Shown: piece by piece, positions 18,885 to 28,169 of the stretch | How the letters are laid out: each line of letters begins with the position of its first letter | How positions within the stretch are numbered: the stretch's first letter is position 1 | NCBI GenBank assembly: GCA_964291625.2 | Contig: OZ220089.1 | Coordinates: 1,856,001 to 1,920,000, forward strand | Length of the DNA: 64,000 bases | From: Candidatus Latescibacterota bacterium | Lineage (GTDB): Bacteria; Latescibacterota; UBA2968; UBA8231 | Direction: 5' to 3' | Translations under genes and position numbers: made by a program | The notes under the pieces: generated by a model | Seen by the model: only the letters and a program-made list of their open reading frames with translations | Database searches by the model: none | Told to the model about the DNA's origin: nothing

Positions 18885-19108
18885 TCTCGCAAGCGGTATC
18901 CAGCATTGGCGAGCGCCGCCCGGTGTGGGCCGCCGGACGCCCCGGTCCAGCCGCTGGAGAGGCATACCTCCCGAGAGATCAGGACCTCCGGGAGGCGCCG
19001 GAGACGACCACCGCGATTGGTCCCTCCTGGGCAGATGCCTAGTTTACGGCGCCCCATGTCCCCAAGCCGCCCACATCCTCCCCCCTCTGTCCCGCCCCAC
19101 CCGCCCCT

Positions 19109-19432
19109 GTGCTGACCTCCTGGCGCGCCCCGGCGGTGATGCTGCTCTTCGTCGCCGGCCTCTACGTCCTCGCCCGCCCGTGGCTGATCGAGCGCTTCGG
19201 GCTGGTGACCTGCCTGATCGTCGTCCTCGCCGCCTGCCTGGCGGCCGGCATCGGCGCCGCCGCCTGGCAGGCCCGCCGCCGGCGCTACGCCTGCCCGGAC
19301 TGCGAGCACCTCTTCGGCGCCTCCACCATGCGCCATCTGCTGAGCCAGGACTGGTTCGGGCGGGTGCGCTGCCGCTGTCCCTCCTGCGGGCGGGTCCATC
19401 ACTGCCAGCCGGTGGGATCCGGGGCGGGCTGA
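19109..19432 (+). CDS. Small 2-TM protein with C-terminal Zn ribbon
   Basis: Two hydrophobic segments, then YACPDCEH...CRCPSCG. Start may be the ATG at 19139. Confidence 0.65.
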   Translation: MLTSWRAPAVMLLFVAGLYVLARPWLIERFGLVTCLIVVLAACLAAGIGAAAWQARRRRYACPDCEHLFGASTMRHLLSQDWFGRVRCRCPSCGRVHHCQPVGSGAG

Positions 19433-19436
19433 AGGA

Positions 19437-22400
19437 TCAGCCTCCGGCCAGCCTCTCCACGGCGGCCGCCACCTCCCGGCGCCGCACCTCGATCGGCGCC
19501 GGGTCCTTCGTGAAGCGGGTCAGGGAAACCCTGATCTCCGGCGGCACCGACAACAGCGCCTCCAACCGGCCGCGCTCGGCCTCGACCAATTCCGTCCCCG
19601 AGCGCAGCGACCGCCTCAACATCGCCAGGTACTCGTAGTCCTCGATGCCGTCGCGCAGCATCTCCCAGCGCACGCTCTCCACGGGGCCGGCCAGCACCGG
19701 AGCCCCCCCGGGAGCCCCCGGGGGTGGGTAGAGAAAGCGGCCGTCGCCGTTGCCCCACGGCCTCCGGGAGCCCACGGACCCGGAGTGGAGCGACACCCAG
19801 CTCATGGGGTCCTCGTACGGGTCCTGGAGGCCTTCGGGATAGGCGGCGGCGCTCGTCCAGTAGTTGGTCGCCCACACGAGGATCCCGTCGACGCCGGCCT
19901 GCCACGTCTGCCACAGCCAGACGCGCGGATCGGTGCCGGCGCGGTCGATGAACAGGCCGGGGTAGGGCGCCTTCGGCACCGTGCACAGGTACCACCAGAA
20001 GCGGTCTCCCGCCTCCCGGCGCGGGGCCGAGGCCGCCGGGTCGAAGCGGCTCGCCAGCGGGCACCAGAGGTCGGGGCCCCCTGCCAGCGCCGGCTCGACC
20101 TGCTCGGTGAGCATGCGGCGCAGACCGGGGGCGGCCTCCGCCAGCCGGCGGAAGCCGTCCATGACGAAGGCGTAATCCTTCGGCTGCGGCTCGTCGAACC
20201 AGTAGACGAAGGCCTCGTCCAGCCAGCCCTTGCCGCGCAGGTGGCGCTCCAGGGCGCCGGCCCAGCCGCGGAACAGGGCCTGGTACTGCGGCGTGTCCGC
20301 GGCGAATCCGCGCAGCGCCGGTTCCCGCCGCCGGTGATAGCTGCCGCCCCCCATGCCGGGCAGGCGCAGGCGGAAGGTGTTGAAGCCGTGCTCCTCGATC
20401 GCCCGCGTCATGGCCGCGTCCCAGGCGGTGAAGTCGATCTCCGGCTCGATGACCTCTCCTTCGGCGACGGCGCGTCCCGCCAGGTCCGGCCAGGTAGTCA
20501 CGGGCGGATCGAGAGGGGCGGGATCGTAGGGGGAGATGTGATGGCGGGAGAAGCTCTCGAGATAGAGATCGAGGAGGAGCCGGCGGTCGGCCTCGTCGTC
20601 GACGCCGTGATAGCGCCAGATGTGGCCGGGGTGGAACCCGAAGGCGGTCTCGCAGGTCATGCGGCGGGGGAGGTCGAAGCCGAAGACCTCGACGCGCAGA
20701 GGAACGCGGGTCTCGTAGTCGGCGGCCGTCAGCACGAGGGCCCCCTCGTAGGTCCCGGCGGGGGTCGAGGGCGGCACGGATACGCGGACCCAGAAGGGCT
20801 GATTGCGCCGCGCCGGCAGGTCGAGGGCGGAGTCGATGGGAAGGAGGGGATCGGGCCACCACGCCGCTTCGCCGGCCAGGTCGGTGGGGCGCCGCACCGG
20901 CACGTATCCCACGCGCAGCACCTCGATGCGATCGGCGGGGATGCCCGCGCCCTCCGGGCCGGTCAGGTCGGTGGGCCGCAGGCGCAGCCCGCGCAGGGGG
21001 TAGCCGGGGCGCAGGACGAGCTGGGCCGCCTCGGTCTCGTTGCCGGCGGCCGAGATCGCGATCGACGTGCCCCGCCGCCGCGGCGCGGCCCTCGTGCGCG
21101 ACACCTTCCAGCCGGAGGAGGCCCACCACACCGCCGGGTCGGCGCTCTCGGCGCTCAGCAGCTCGCCGTAGCCGTCGGCGTGCAGCATCGACAGGGCCAG
21201 ATCGGCCTCGGCCCTCCAGAGCCCGTCCGCCTGCACCTGCAGGTGCAGGACGAGGGCGCCCGTCCCCGAGATGCGGCAGGGCACGGCGAGGTGGTTCTCC
21301 CCCGGGTGGAGCTCCACCGGCCGCCAGCCCCCTTCCGGCGGCTCCTCCCCGAGGGCCCCCGTCACCGCGCGCACCCGGGCCGGCAGCGTCTCGGCGGAGG
21401 AGCTGTGGACGAGCAGGCGCAGGGTGTCGGCCAGACCCGGCCGCAGCAGGCCCGGGTCCTGCACCCGGCAGCGCAGGGACCCCGCCCGTCCGCCTTCCGA
21501 CACCAGGAGGGTGGACCCCTCCCCCTCCGGGACCTCCCCGTCGAGGCGGGCCTGGTACCCGTAGTCGTCCACCTGGAAGGCGCCGCCGCCCTCGCCGGCC
21601 GCGCGCAGACGCACCCGCACGGCGGCGGCGGGCAGCAGCGAGTCGGGCACGTCGAAGGAGGTGGAGGCGACCTCCGGCATCACCCCGAGGGGGATCCACC
21701 CGCCGCCGGTGGAGACCTCGACGAGCAGGTGGCCCCCGGTGTGGTGGTTGAGGTTCACGCGGAGTCCTGCCTCCCGCTGCGGGAAGTCCCCCACCTCGTG
21801 CCGGAAGACGACCTCCTGGCCGGGGCCGAAGACCCAGCGGTAGGTGTTGAAGCCGGCGTCGTGGCTCTCCAGGGGCCGGCTGATGTTGGCCAGCGGCGTG
21901 TGCTGGGGGGAGTCGAAGACGTACCGGCCCGCCTCGAGGCGCTCCCCCTGGCCGAGGCGCAGACCGCCGCCCACGAGGCGGTGCACGGCGCGCACCCGGT
22001 CCAGCTCGATGTCGTCGAAGGCCGCGGCGCCGGGCAGCCGCCACTGGCCGAAGCGCAGCCAGCGGTACGGGTTCGAGGCCGAAGGGGCGGCGAAGCTGGA
22101 GCTGAACCACCGCCACTCGAAGCCGGTCTCCCCCAGGTCGCGGTTGGCGAATCCCGCCCCCGAGGTGACGGTGCCGCCGCCGCTCCCCTCCAGGCGCCGC
22201 GCCCGGAAGCGCACGCGGTAGTGGCCGCCGGCCTCGAAGGCGAGGGAGTCCGAGCGCCACCAGCCCGAGCCCCGGCCATCGCCGCGGACGACGATCCCGG
22301 GATCGCCGGCGATGGTCCGCCACTCTCCCTCGCCGCGCAGGCTCCATCCGGCCGGCAGGGAGTCCCCCCGGGCAAAGGTGGGGTTGGGCGCCTTCTGGGC

Positions 22401-22457
22401 CTGGGCAGCGGTCAGACAGCCCGCGCACAGAGCGAGGACGATTCGATACTTCGGCAC
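19437..22457 (-). CDS. Secreted DUF4091/DUF6067 glycoside hydrolase-like protein (GH123-related)
   Basis: Signal peptide, NETEAAQLV, WPDPLLP, YWFDEP, GDGRFLYP and SVRWEMLRDGIEDYEYL. Confidence 0.85.
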   Translation of the reverse strand: MPKYRIVLALCAGCLTAAQAQKAPNPTFARGDSLPAGWSLRGEGEWRTIAGDPGIVVRGDGRGSGWWRSDSLAFEAGGHYRVRFRARRLEGSGGGTVTSGAGFANRDLGETGFEWRWFSSSFAAPSASNPYRWLRFGQWRLPGAAAFDDIELDRVRAVHRLVGGGLRLGQGERLEAGRYVFDSPQHTPLANISRPLESHDAGFNTYRWVFGPGQEVVFRHEVGDFPQREAGLRVNLNHHTGGHLLVEVSTGGGWIPLGVMPEVASTSFDVPDSLLPAAAVRVRLRAAGEGGGAFQVDDYGYQARLDGEVPEGEGSTLLVSEGGRAGSLRCRVQDPGLLRPGLADTLRLLVHSSSAETLPARVRAVTGALGEEPPEGGWRPVELHPGENHLAVPCRISGTGALVLHLQVQADGLWRAEADLALSMLHADGYGELLSAESADPAVWWASSGWKVSRTRAAPRRRGTSIAISAAGNETEAAQLVLRPGYPLRGLRLRPTDLTGPEGAGIPADRIEVLRVGYVPVRRPTDLAGEAAWWPDPLLPIDSALDLPARRNQPFWVRVSVPPSTPAGTYEGALVLTAADYETRVPLRVEVFGFDLPRRMTCETAFGFHPGHIWRYHGVDDEADRRLLLDLYLESFSRHHISPYDPAPLDPPVTTWPDLAGRAVAEGEVIEPEIDFTAWDAAMTRAIEEHGFNTFRLRLPGMGGGSYHRRREPALRGFAADTPQYQALFRGWAGALERHLRGKGWLDEAFVYWFDEPQPKDYAFVMDGFRRLAEAAPGLRRMLTEQVEPALAGGPDLWCPLASRFDPAASAPRREAGDRFWWYLCTVPKAPYPGLFIDRAGTDPRVWLWQTWQAGVDGILVWATNYWTSAAAYPEGLQDPYEDPMSWVSLHSGSVGSRRPWGNGDGRFLYPPPGAPGGAPVLAGPVESVRWEMLRDGIEDYEYLAMLRRSLRSGTELVEAERGRLEALLSVPPEIRVSLTRFTKDPAPIEVRRREVAAAVERLAGG

Positions 22458-22510
22458 GGGACGGCTCCGGGCTCTTGCGATGGTGCCGGCGCCGGGCGAA
22501 TCTAACCGCC

Positions 22511-23629
22511 GTGAACCGCGTCGAGAAGCTCCACATCGGCATCGCCGGCGCCTGCGCCCGGGGGCGGGCCTTCCTGACGGGGCTCTCGGCCCGGGAGTCG
22601 GTGGCCTGCGTCGCCGCCGTGTGCGATACCGACGTCGAGGGCCTGCGGCAGGTCCGCCGCCAGACCGGCGCCGAGCACGCCTTCACCTGTTTCGACGACC
22701 TGCTCTCCTGCGGCGGCCTCGACGCCGTGGTCGTGGCCACGCCGATGCACCTCCACGCCGGGCAGTCCACCGCCGCCCTCGACGCCGGCCTGCACGTGCT
22801 CAGCGAGGTCACCGCCGCCGTCGACCTCGAGCAGTGCCGGCGCCTGGTGCTCGCCGCCCACCGTTCCCCCGGCCTCTACATGCTGGCCGAGAACTGCAAC
22901 TACACGGTGCCCAACCTCGTGGTGGCCGCCCTCGTCGACCAAGGCCTCTTCGGCACCCCCTACTTCGCCGACGGCGAGTACCTCCACGAGGTGAAGGCCC
23001 TCAACGAGCGCACCCCCTGGCGGCGGCGCTGGCAGACCGGCGTCGACGGGATCACCTACGGCACCCACAGCCTCGGGCCGATCCTGCGGTGGCTGCCGGG
23101 GCGGATCACGGAGGTCTGCTGCGCCGGCAGCGGCCATCATCATCTCGACCCCCGGGGCGATCCCTACCACCAGGACACGCACGTCATGCTCGGCCGGCTC
23201 TCCGGCGGCGGGCTGGTCAAGGTGCGCGTCGACATGATCTCCGACCGCCCCAGCGTGACCACCACCTACCAGCTCCAGGGGACGGACGGCTGCTACGAGT
23301 CGTCCCGCGCCCCGGGCGAGCGGCACCGCCTGTGGCTGCGGTCGCGCTCGCCGGACGAGGGCACCTGGCTCGACCTGGAGGACCTGGTGGAGGAGTTCCT
23401 GCCGGCGCGCTGGAGCGGCACCGTCGACGACGCGCACGGCCACGGCGGCAGCGACACCCGCGTGATCTGCGCCTTCGTCGATGCCGCGCGCGGGGACGCC
23501 CCGGCCGAGTTGGGGGTTCACGAGGCCATGGACCAGACCCTGCCGGGCCTGGTGAGCCAGACCTCCATGGCCGCCGGCGGCGGCTGGCAGCCGGTGCCGG
23601 ACAGCCGCGCCTGGACGGGGACGCCGTGA
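22511..23629 (+). CDS. Gfo/Idh/MocA-family oxidoreductase
   Basis: VVVATPMHLH, HVLSEV, YMLAENCNY, YGTHSLGP and GHGGSD. Confidence 0.88.
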   Translation: MNRVEKLHIGIAGACARGRAFLTGLSARESVACVAAVCDTDVEGLRQVRRQTGAEHAFTCFDDLLSCGGLDAVVVATPMHLHAGQSTAALDAGLHVLSEVTAAVDLEQCRRLVLAAHRSPGLYMLAENCNYTVPNLVVAALVDQGLFGTPYFADGEYLHEVKALNERTPWRRRWQTGVDGITYGTHSLGPILRWLPGRITEVCCAGSGHHHLDPRGDPYHQDTHVMLGRLSGGGLVKVRVDMISDRPSVTTTYQLQGTDGCYESSRAPGERHRLWLRSRSPDEGTWLDLEDLVEEFLPARWSGTVDDAHGHGGSDTRVICAFVDAARGDAPAELGVHEAMDQTLPGLVSQTSMAAGGGWQPVPDSRAWTGTP

Positions 23630-24204
23630 GCCCCAGGCCCCAGCTGATCATGCGCCGGCCCCACCTGCGGGAGGTGCCGGCCGCGGTCCCTCCCGAGGGC
23701 TACGAGCTGCGCCACTTCCGCCCCGGCGACGAGGCGGGCTGGAACGCGCTCATGGACCTGGCCTTCGAGCGCCGGGCGGGGCAGTCCGACTTCGCGCGCG
23801 AGATGGCCGCCGACGACCCCTACCGGCCGGAGCGGGTCAAGCTGGTCCTCGACGGGACGGGGCGCATCGTGGCCACCGCCTCGTGCTGGCGCCTGCCCCG
23901 GTTCGGCGATGAGGCGGCCATGCTGCACTGGGTGGCCCGCCACCCCGGCCACGGCGGCCGGGGCCTCGGCGGGCTGGTGTCGCTGGCCGCCCTGCACCAG
24001 GCCGCCGCCGAGGGCCTCCGGCGGGCCTTCCTGCTCACCGACGACTTCCGCGTTGCCGCCCTCCGGATCTACCTGCGCATGGGGTTCGAGCCCGTCATCG
24101 CCCACGGGAGCCATCCCGACCGCTGGCGCCGGATCCTGGAGGACCTGGACTGGCCCGAGCGCTTCGAGCCGATCCTGCGCGGCCCCCGCGAGCGCTACGA
24201 ATAG
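23626..24204 (+). CDS. GNAT-family acetyltransferase
   Basis: LHWVARHPGHGGRGLG and TDDFRVAALRIYLRMGF. Confidence 0.85.
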   Translation: MSPRPQLIMRRPHLREVPAAVPPEGYELRHFRPGDEAGWNALMDLAFERRAGQSDFAREMAADDPYRPERVKLVLDGTGRIVATASCWRLPRFGDEAAMLHWVARHPGHGGRGLGGLVSLAALHQAAAEGLRRAFLLTDDFRVAALRIYLRMGFEPVIAHGSHPDRWRRILEDLDWPERFEPILRGPRERYE

Positions 24205-24209
24205 GGCCG

Positions 24210-25475
24210 GTGGACTCCCTCTCCCAGGCCGCCCTCGGGGCCGCCGTCGGACACGCGATCGGCGGACGCCGCGCCGGTCGCAAGGCCGCCGCCTGGGGCG
24301 CGGCCCTGGCGACCCTGCCCGATCTCGACGTCTTCATCCCCCTCGGCAACGATGTCCTCGAGTTCACCTCCCACCGCTCCTTCACCCATTCCCTGCCGGT
24401 GATGGCCGCCGCCGCGCCTGTCCTGGTGTGGGCCCTCGGCCGGCTGCACCCCCAGGTGCGCGAAGATCGCCGCCGCTGGTCGGTCCTCGTCCTCGCCTGC
24501 CTGTGGACCCACGCCCTCCTCGACGCCTTCACCGCCTACGGCACCCAGCTGCTGTGGCCGCTGCCGGCGACGCCGGTCGCCTGGTCGACGATCTTCATCG
24601 TCGATCCCGCCTACACCCTGCCGCTGCTGGCCGGGGTGATCGCCGTCCTGGTGCGGCCGGGCCGGGTGGCGCACCGATGCAACACGGCGGGCCTCTGCCT
24701 GAGCACGGCCTACCTGCTGTGGACGGCCGCGGCCCAGAACCACGTGGAGGAGGTGGGGGCCCGCACGGCGGCGGCCGATGGCGTGGAGGTGGAGCGCATC
24801 ATGGCCACGCCCACCCCCTTCAACAGCCTCCTGTGGCGGATCCTGGCGATGACGCCGGAAGGGGACTACCTGGAGGGCTACCACTCCCTGGCCGACGGCG
24901 TCGACCGGCCCCCCGCGCTGCGCCGCGGCGACGGCGGACGCCGGCTGCTGGAGCCCCTCTCGGGGAGCTGGGCGGTGCGGCGGCTGCAGTGGTTCACGGA
25001 CGGGTACTACGCCGCGCGCCTCGACGGGCGGCGGGTGGTGCTCGTCGATCTGCGCATGGGCCTGGACCCGTTCTACGTCTTCCAGTTCGTCGTCGGCGAG
25101 ATCACCGCCGGAGGGGCGGAGCCCATGGCGGTGCGGGCCGGGACGGCGGGCGCTTCGCGGAGTCAGCTCGCCTGGGTCTGGCGCCGCATCCGCGACGCCG
25201 ACGCGGTCTGGGTGGACAGCGGCAGGCCCGCGCCGAGGATCCCCCGGAGCGGCCACCCTGAAATCCAAGAGGAGAGACAGCAATGGCAGAGTCGAATTCG
25301 CGGACGGTACTCATACGGCCCGGGCTGCTCGCCGACGGCCTCGGCGGCAGGGCCCGGGCCGGGGAGTCGGTCTTCGTGCGGGACGGCCGCATCGCCGCGG
25401 TGGGACCGGCGGCAGCGGTCGACAAGGAGGTGCCCCCCGGGACCGAGGCCGTCGACCTGCCCGGCTGCTGTCTGA
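24210..25475 (+). CDS. YdjM-like membrane-bound metal-dependent hydrolase; true 3' end probably near 25260
   Basis: MDSLSQAALGA, LPDLD, HRSFTHSL, THALLDAFTAYGT and IFIVDP. As called it overlaps the next gene by 193 nt. Confidence 0.82.
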   Translation: MDSLSQAALGAAVGHAIGGRRAGRKAAAWGAALATLPDLDVFIPLGNDVLEFTSHRSFTHSLPVMAAAAPVLVWALGRLHPQVREDRRRWSVLVLACLWTHALLDAFTAYGTQLLWPLPATPVAWSTIFIVDPAYTLPLLAGVIAVLVRPGRVAHRCNTAGLCLSTAYLLWTAAAQNHVEEVGARTAAADGVEVERIMATPTPFNSLLWRILAMTPEGDYLEGYHSLADGVDRPPALRRGDGGRRLLEPLSGSWAVRRLQWFTDGYYAARLDGRRVVLVDLRMGLDPFYVFQFVVGEITAGGAEPMAVRAGTAGASRSQLAWVWRRIRDADAVWVDSGRPAPRIPRSGHPEIQEERQQWQSRIRGRYSYGPGCSPTASAAGPGPGSRSSCGTAASPRWDRRQRSTRRCPPGPRPSTCPAAV

Positions 25476-26545
25476 CCCCCGGACTGATCGACGGCCACAC
25501 CCACCTGAGCCTGCCCGGCGACGGCCGCCCCTACAACCAGACCTTCGGTGAGAGCGACGAGACCATGGTGCTCATCGGGGCCATGAACCTGCGCCGCCAC
25601 CTGGACGCCGGCATCACCACCCTGCGCGAGCACGGGGCCCGCAACCGGGTCGGCTTCATCCTCAAGGAAGGACTGCGGCGGGGGTACATCCCCGGGCCTC
25701 GGATGCTGGTCAGCGGCCGCCCGATCACCTGCACCGGGGGCCACTTCCACATGTGCAACGAGATCGCCGACGGCGAGGAGGAGATCCGCCGCTCGGTGCG
25801 GCGGCTGGTGCACGAGGGGGCCGACTACATCAAGGTGATGGCCTCCGGCGGCGGCACGGCCGGCACCATCCCGGGGCTCGCCTCCTACTCCACCCGGGAG
25901 CTGCGGGCGCTGGTGGGGGAGGCGCGCCAGTTCCACCGCCTGACGGCGGCCCACTGCCGCGCCAAGGAGTCGATGGTGCGGGCCGTCGAGGCCGGCATCG
26001 ACCTGATCGAGCACGTCGAGTTCCTCGACCCGGACCACCAGATGCGTTTCGATCCCAAGGTCGCCGAGATGCTGGCCGAGTCGGGAGTCTGGCTCAGCCC
26101 CACCCTGCAGGCCTGGACCAACTACCCCGCCATGGTGCGGCTGCGCCGGCGCCGCGAGCAGGGGGATCTCGGCGCCGCGGAGGAGGCGCAACTGGCCCAC
26201 CTGGAGCAGCGGGCGGGGAAGCGCATCGACCTGATGCGGAGGATGCTCGACTACTGCCTGAAGGAACGGATCGTCCCCGGCACCGACTCCGGGGTGGGAA
26301 CCCTCGAGTTCGGCCACATCGACTACGACCTGCAACTGCTGGTGGAATGCGGCTTCACCGCCGCCGAGGCCCTGGTCGCGGCGACCCGGATCTCGGCGGA
26401 AGCCGCCGGCATCGCGGACGAGGTGGGGACGATCGAGGCGGGAAAGGCGGCCGACCTGGCGGCCTTCGGCGGAGATCCGACCGAGGACGTGGCCGCCCTC
26501 AGCGACGTGAGGGCGGTCTTCCAGGCGGGGGTGCGGGTCAGGTAG
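25283..26545 (+). CDS. Amidohydrolase-family protein
   Basis: PGLIDGHTHL, GADYIKVMASGG, AAHC, IEH, GTDSG and GKAADL. Confidence 0.9.
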   Translation: MAESNSRTVLIRPGLLADGLGGRARAGESVFVRDGRIAAVGPAAAVDKEVPPGTEAVDLPGCCLTPGLIDGHTHLSLPGDGRPYNQTFGESDETMVLIGAMNLRRHLDAGITTLREHGARNRVGFILKEGLRRGYIPGPRMLVSGRPITCTGGHFHMCNEIADGEEEIRRSVRRLVHEGADYIKVMASGGGTAGTIPGLASYSTRELRALVGEARQFHRLTAAHCRAKESMVRAVEAGIDLIEHVEFLDPDHQMRFDPKVAEMLAESGVWLSPTLQAWTNYPAMVRLRRRREQGDLGAAEEAQLAHLEQRAGKRIDLMRRMLDYCLKERIVPGTDSGVGTLEFGHIDYDLQLLVECGFTAAEALVAATRISAEAAGIADEVGTIEAGKAADLAAFGGDPTEDVAALSDVRAVFQAGVRVR

Positions 26546-26585
26546 AGGAGCGGGGGTCCCGCGAGGGGGCCTCTCCCCGGGGGGA

Positions 26586-27383
26586 CTAGGTCTCCTCGTC
26601 GCCGACGGCGACGGTCTCGATCTCGAGATCTTCGCGCAGCTGAATGCGCTCGACCTGGCCGTCGCTGACCCGCACCACGCGGTCGGAGACGCTGAGCATC
26701 TTGTGGTCGTGGGTCGCGGAGATGACGGTGACGCCGAAGCTCTCGTTCATGCTGCGCAGCAGCTCGATGATCTCGGTGCCCGTGCGCAGGTCGAGGTTGG
26801 CCGTCGGCTCGTCGGCCAGCACCACCGCCGGGTCGTTGGCCAGGGCCCGGGCCACGGCGACCCGCTGCTGCTGGCCGCCGGACAGCTCGAAGGGCTTGTG
26901 GGAGTGGCGCTCGCCGAGACCGACCTTGCCCAACAGGTCCATGCCCTTGTCGCGGGACTCGTCGCTCGTGAGCCCGGCGAAGACCATGGGCAGGGTCACG
27001 TTCTCGAGGGCGGTCATCACCGGGATCAGATTGAAGGACTGGAAGATGTAGCCGATCTTGCGGCACCTCAGCCAGGCCAGCTCGTAGGCGTCGAGCTGGG
27101 CCACGTCGACCTCGTCGATGTAGACCTTGCCCTCCGTCGGCTTGTCGAGGCCGCCAACCATGTTGAAGAAGGTGCTCTTGCCGGAGCCCGAGGGGCCCAT
27201 GATCGACAGGTACTCGCCGGCGTAGATCTCGAGGTCGACCCCGCGCAGGGCGTGGACCTCGATCTCGCCCATCTGGTAGACCTTCTTGACCTGCTGGGTG
27301 CGCACCACCGTGCGCTTCTCCTCCTCGGCGCCGTCGCGCTTCTCGGCGGTTGCCGCAGCCGGTGCTGCCGTCGTCTCTGTCAT
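26586..27383 (-). CDS. ABC transporter ATP-binding protein (LolD/MacB type)
   Basis: GPSGSGKST, LSGGQQQRVAVARAL and LADEPT. Confidence 0.95.
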   Translation of the reverse strand: MTETTAAPAAATAEKRDGAEEEKRTVVRTQQVKKVYQMGEIEVHALRGVDLEIYAGEYLSIMGPSGSGKSTFFNMVGGLDKPTEGKVYIDEVDVAQLDAYELAWLRCRKIGYIFQSFNLIPVMTALENVTLPMVFAGLTSDESRDKGMDLLGKVGLGERHSHKPFELSGGQQQRVAVARALANDPAVVLADEPTANLDLRTGTEIIELLRSMNESFGVTVISATHDHKMLSVSDRVVRVSDGQVERIQLREDLEIETVAVGDEET

Positions 27384-27399
27384 GGTCAGCCGCCTTTTC

Positions 27400-28104
27400 T
27401 CAGGTGTCGGAGCGCATCGCCTCGACCGGCTCCATCTTGGCCGCCTTGTAGGCCGGGAGCATGGCGCCCACGAGGGACAGCAAGGTGCCCGAGACGATCG
27501 CCGCGAGGGCCGATCGGAGGATGCCCGCAGTGGGGAAGTAGTCGATGACGAACATGCCGTAGTCGAGCAGGGCCAGGGCCAGGGTCATCAACAGACCGAG
27601 GACGATGCCCACGGCCGTGCCCGCCGCCCCCTGGAAGGTCGACTCGAGGAGGAAGAGCTTGATGATGAAGGAGTCGAGGGCGCCGAGGCACTTCATGGTG
27701 CCGATCTCGCGGAAGCGCTCGGTCACCGACATGAGCATGGCGTTGGCGATGCCGACGACGCAGACCAGCAGGGACAGGCTGATGAGCCACGCCTGCTTGG
27801 AGCGCTCCTCCTCGAGGCGGGCCATGGCCTCGCCCGAGGCGGCGGCCTCGCCTTCGGCGGACATCGTCTCGATGCCGTTCTTCTGCAACAGCAGGTTGAT
27901 GTCGCTCTTGTTGGCCGCCCGCAGGGCGCCGATGATCTCGTTGTTGCTCCACACGGACATCAGGAAGGCGATGGCGAGGATGATGCCGCTGGTCGTGATC
28001 AGGGAGCGGCCGAAGCGGATCTTCAGGCTCCGCAGGCTGATCTCCAGGGCCTTGCTCATGGGCAGGGAGATCGAGCGCCCGCCCGCCAGTGCGTGTTCCG
28101 TCAT
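27400..28104 (-). CDS. FtsX-like ABC transporter permease
   Basis: GIANAMLMSVTERFREIGTMKCLGA and PAYKAAKMEPVEAMR. Confidence 0.9.
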   Translation of the reverse strand: MTEHALAGGRSISLPMSKALEISLRSLKIRFGRSLITTSGIILAIAFLMSVWSNNEIIGALRAANKSDINLLLQKNGIETMSAEGEAAASGEAMARLEEERSKQAWLISLSLLVCVVGIANAMLMSVTERFREIGTMKCLGALDSFIIKLFLLESTFQGAAGTAVGIVLGLLMTLALALLDYGMFVIDYFPTAGILRSALAAIVSGTLLSLVGAMLPAYKAAKMEPVEAMRSDT

Positions 28105-28169
28105 CTCGTCCTCTCAGAGTTGGCCACAGGACCCGGGAAGGTACGGCCCCGCGGGGGCGGCCATCAAGC

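Noticed and set aside
18117-18965. Antisense ORF with LVDTLAQGPVG repeats
   Set aside because: It is the reverse-strand reading of the 33-bp repeat. The plus-strand ORF has the RBS, TM anchor and downstream hairpin.
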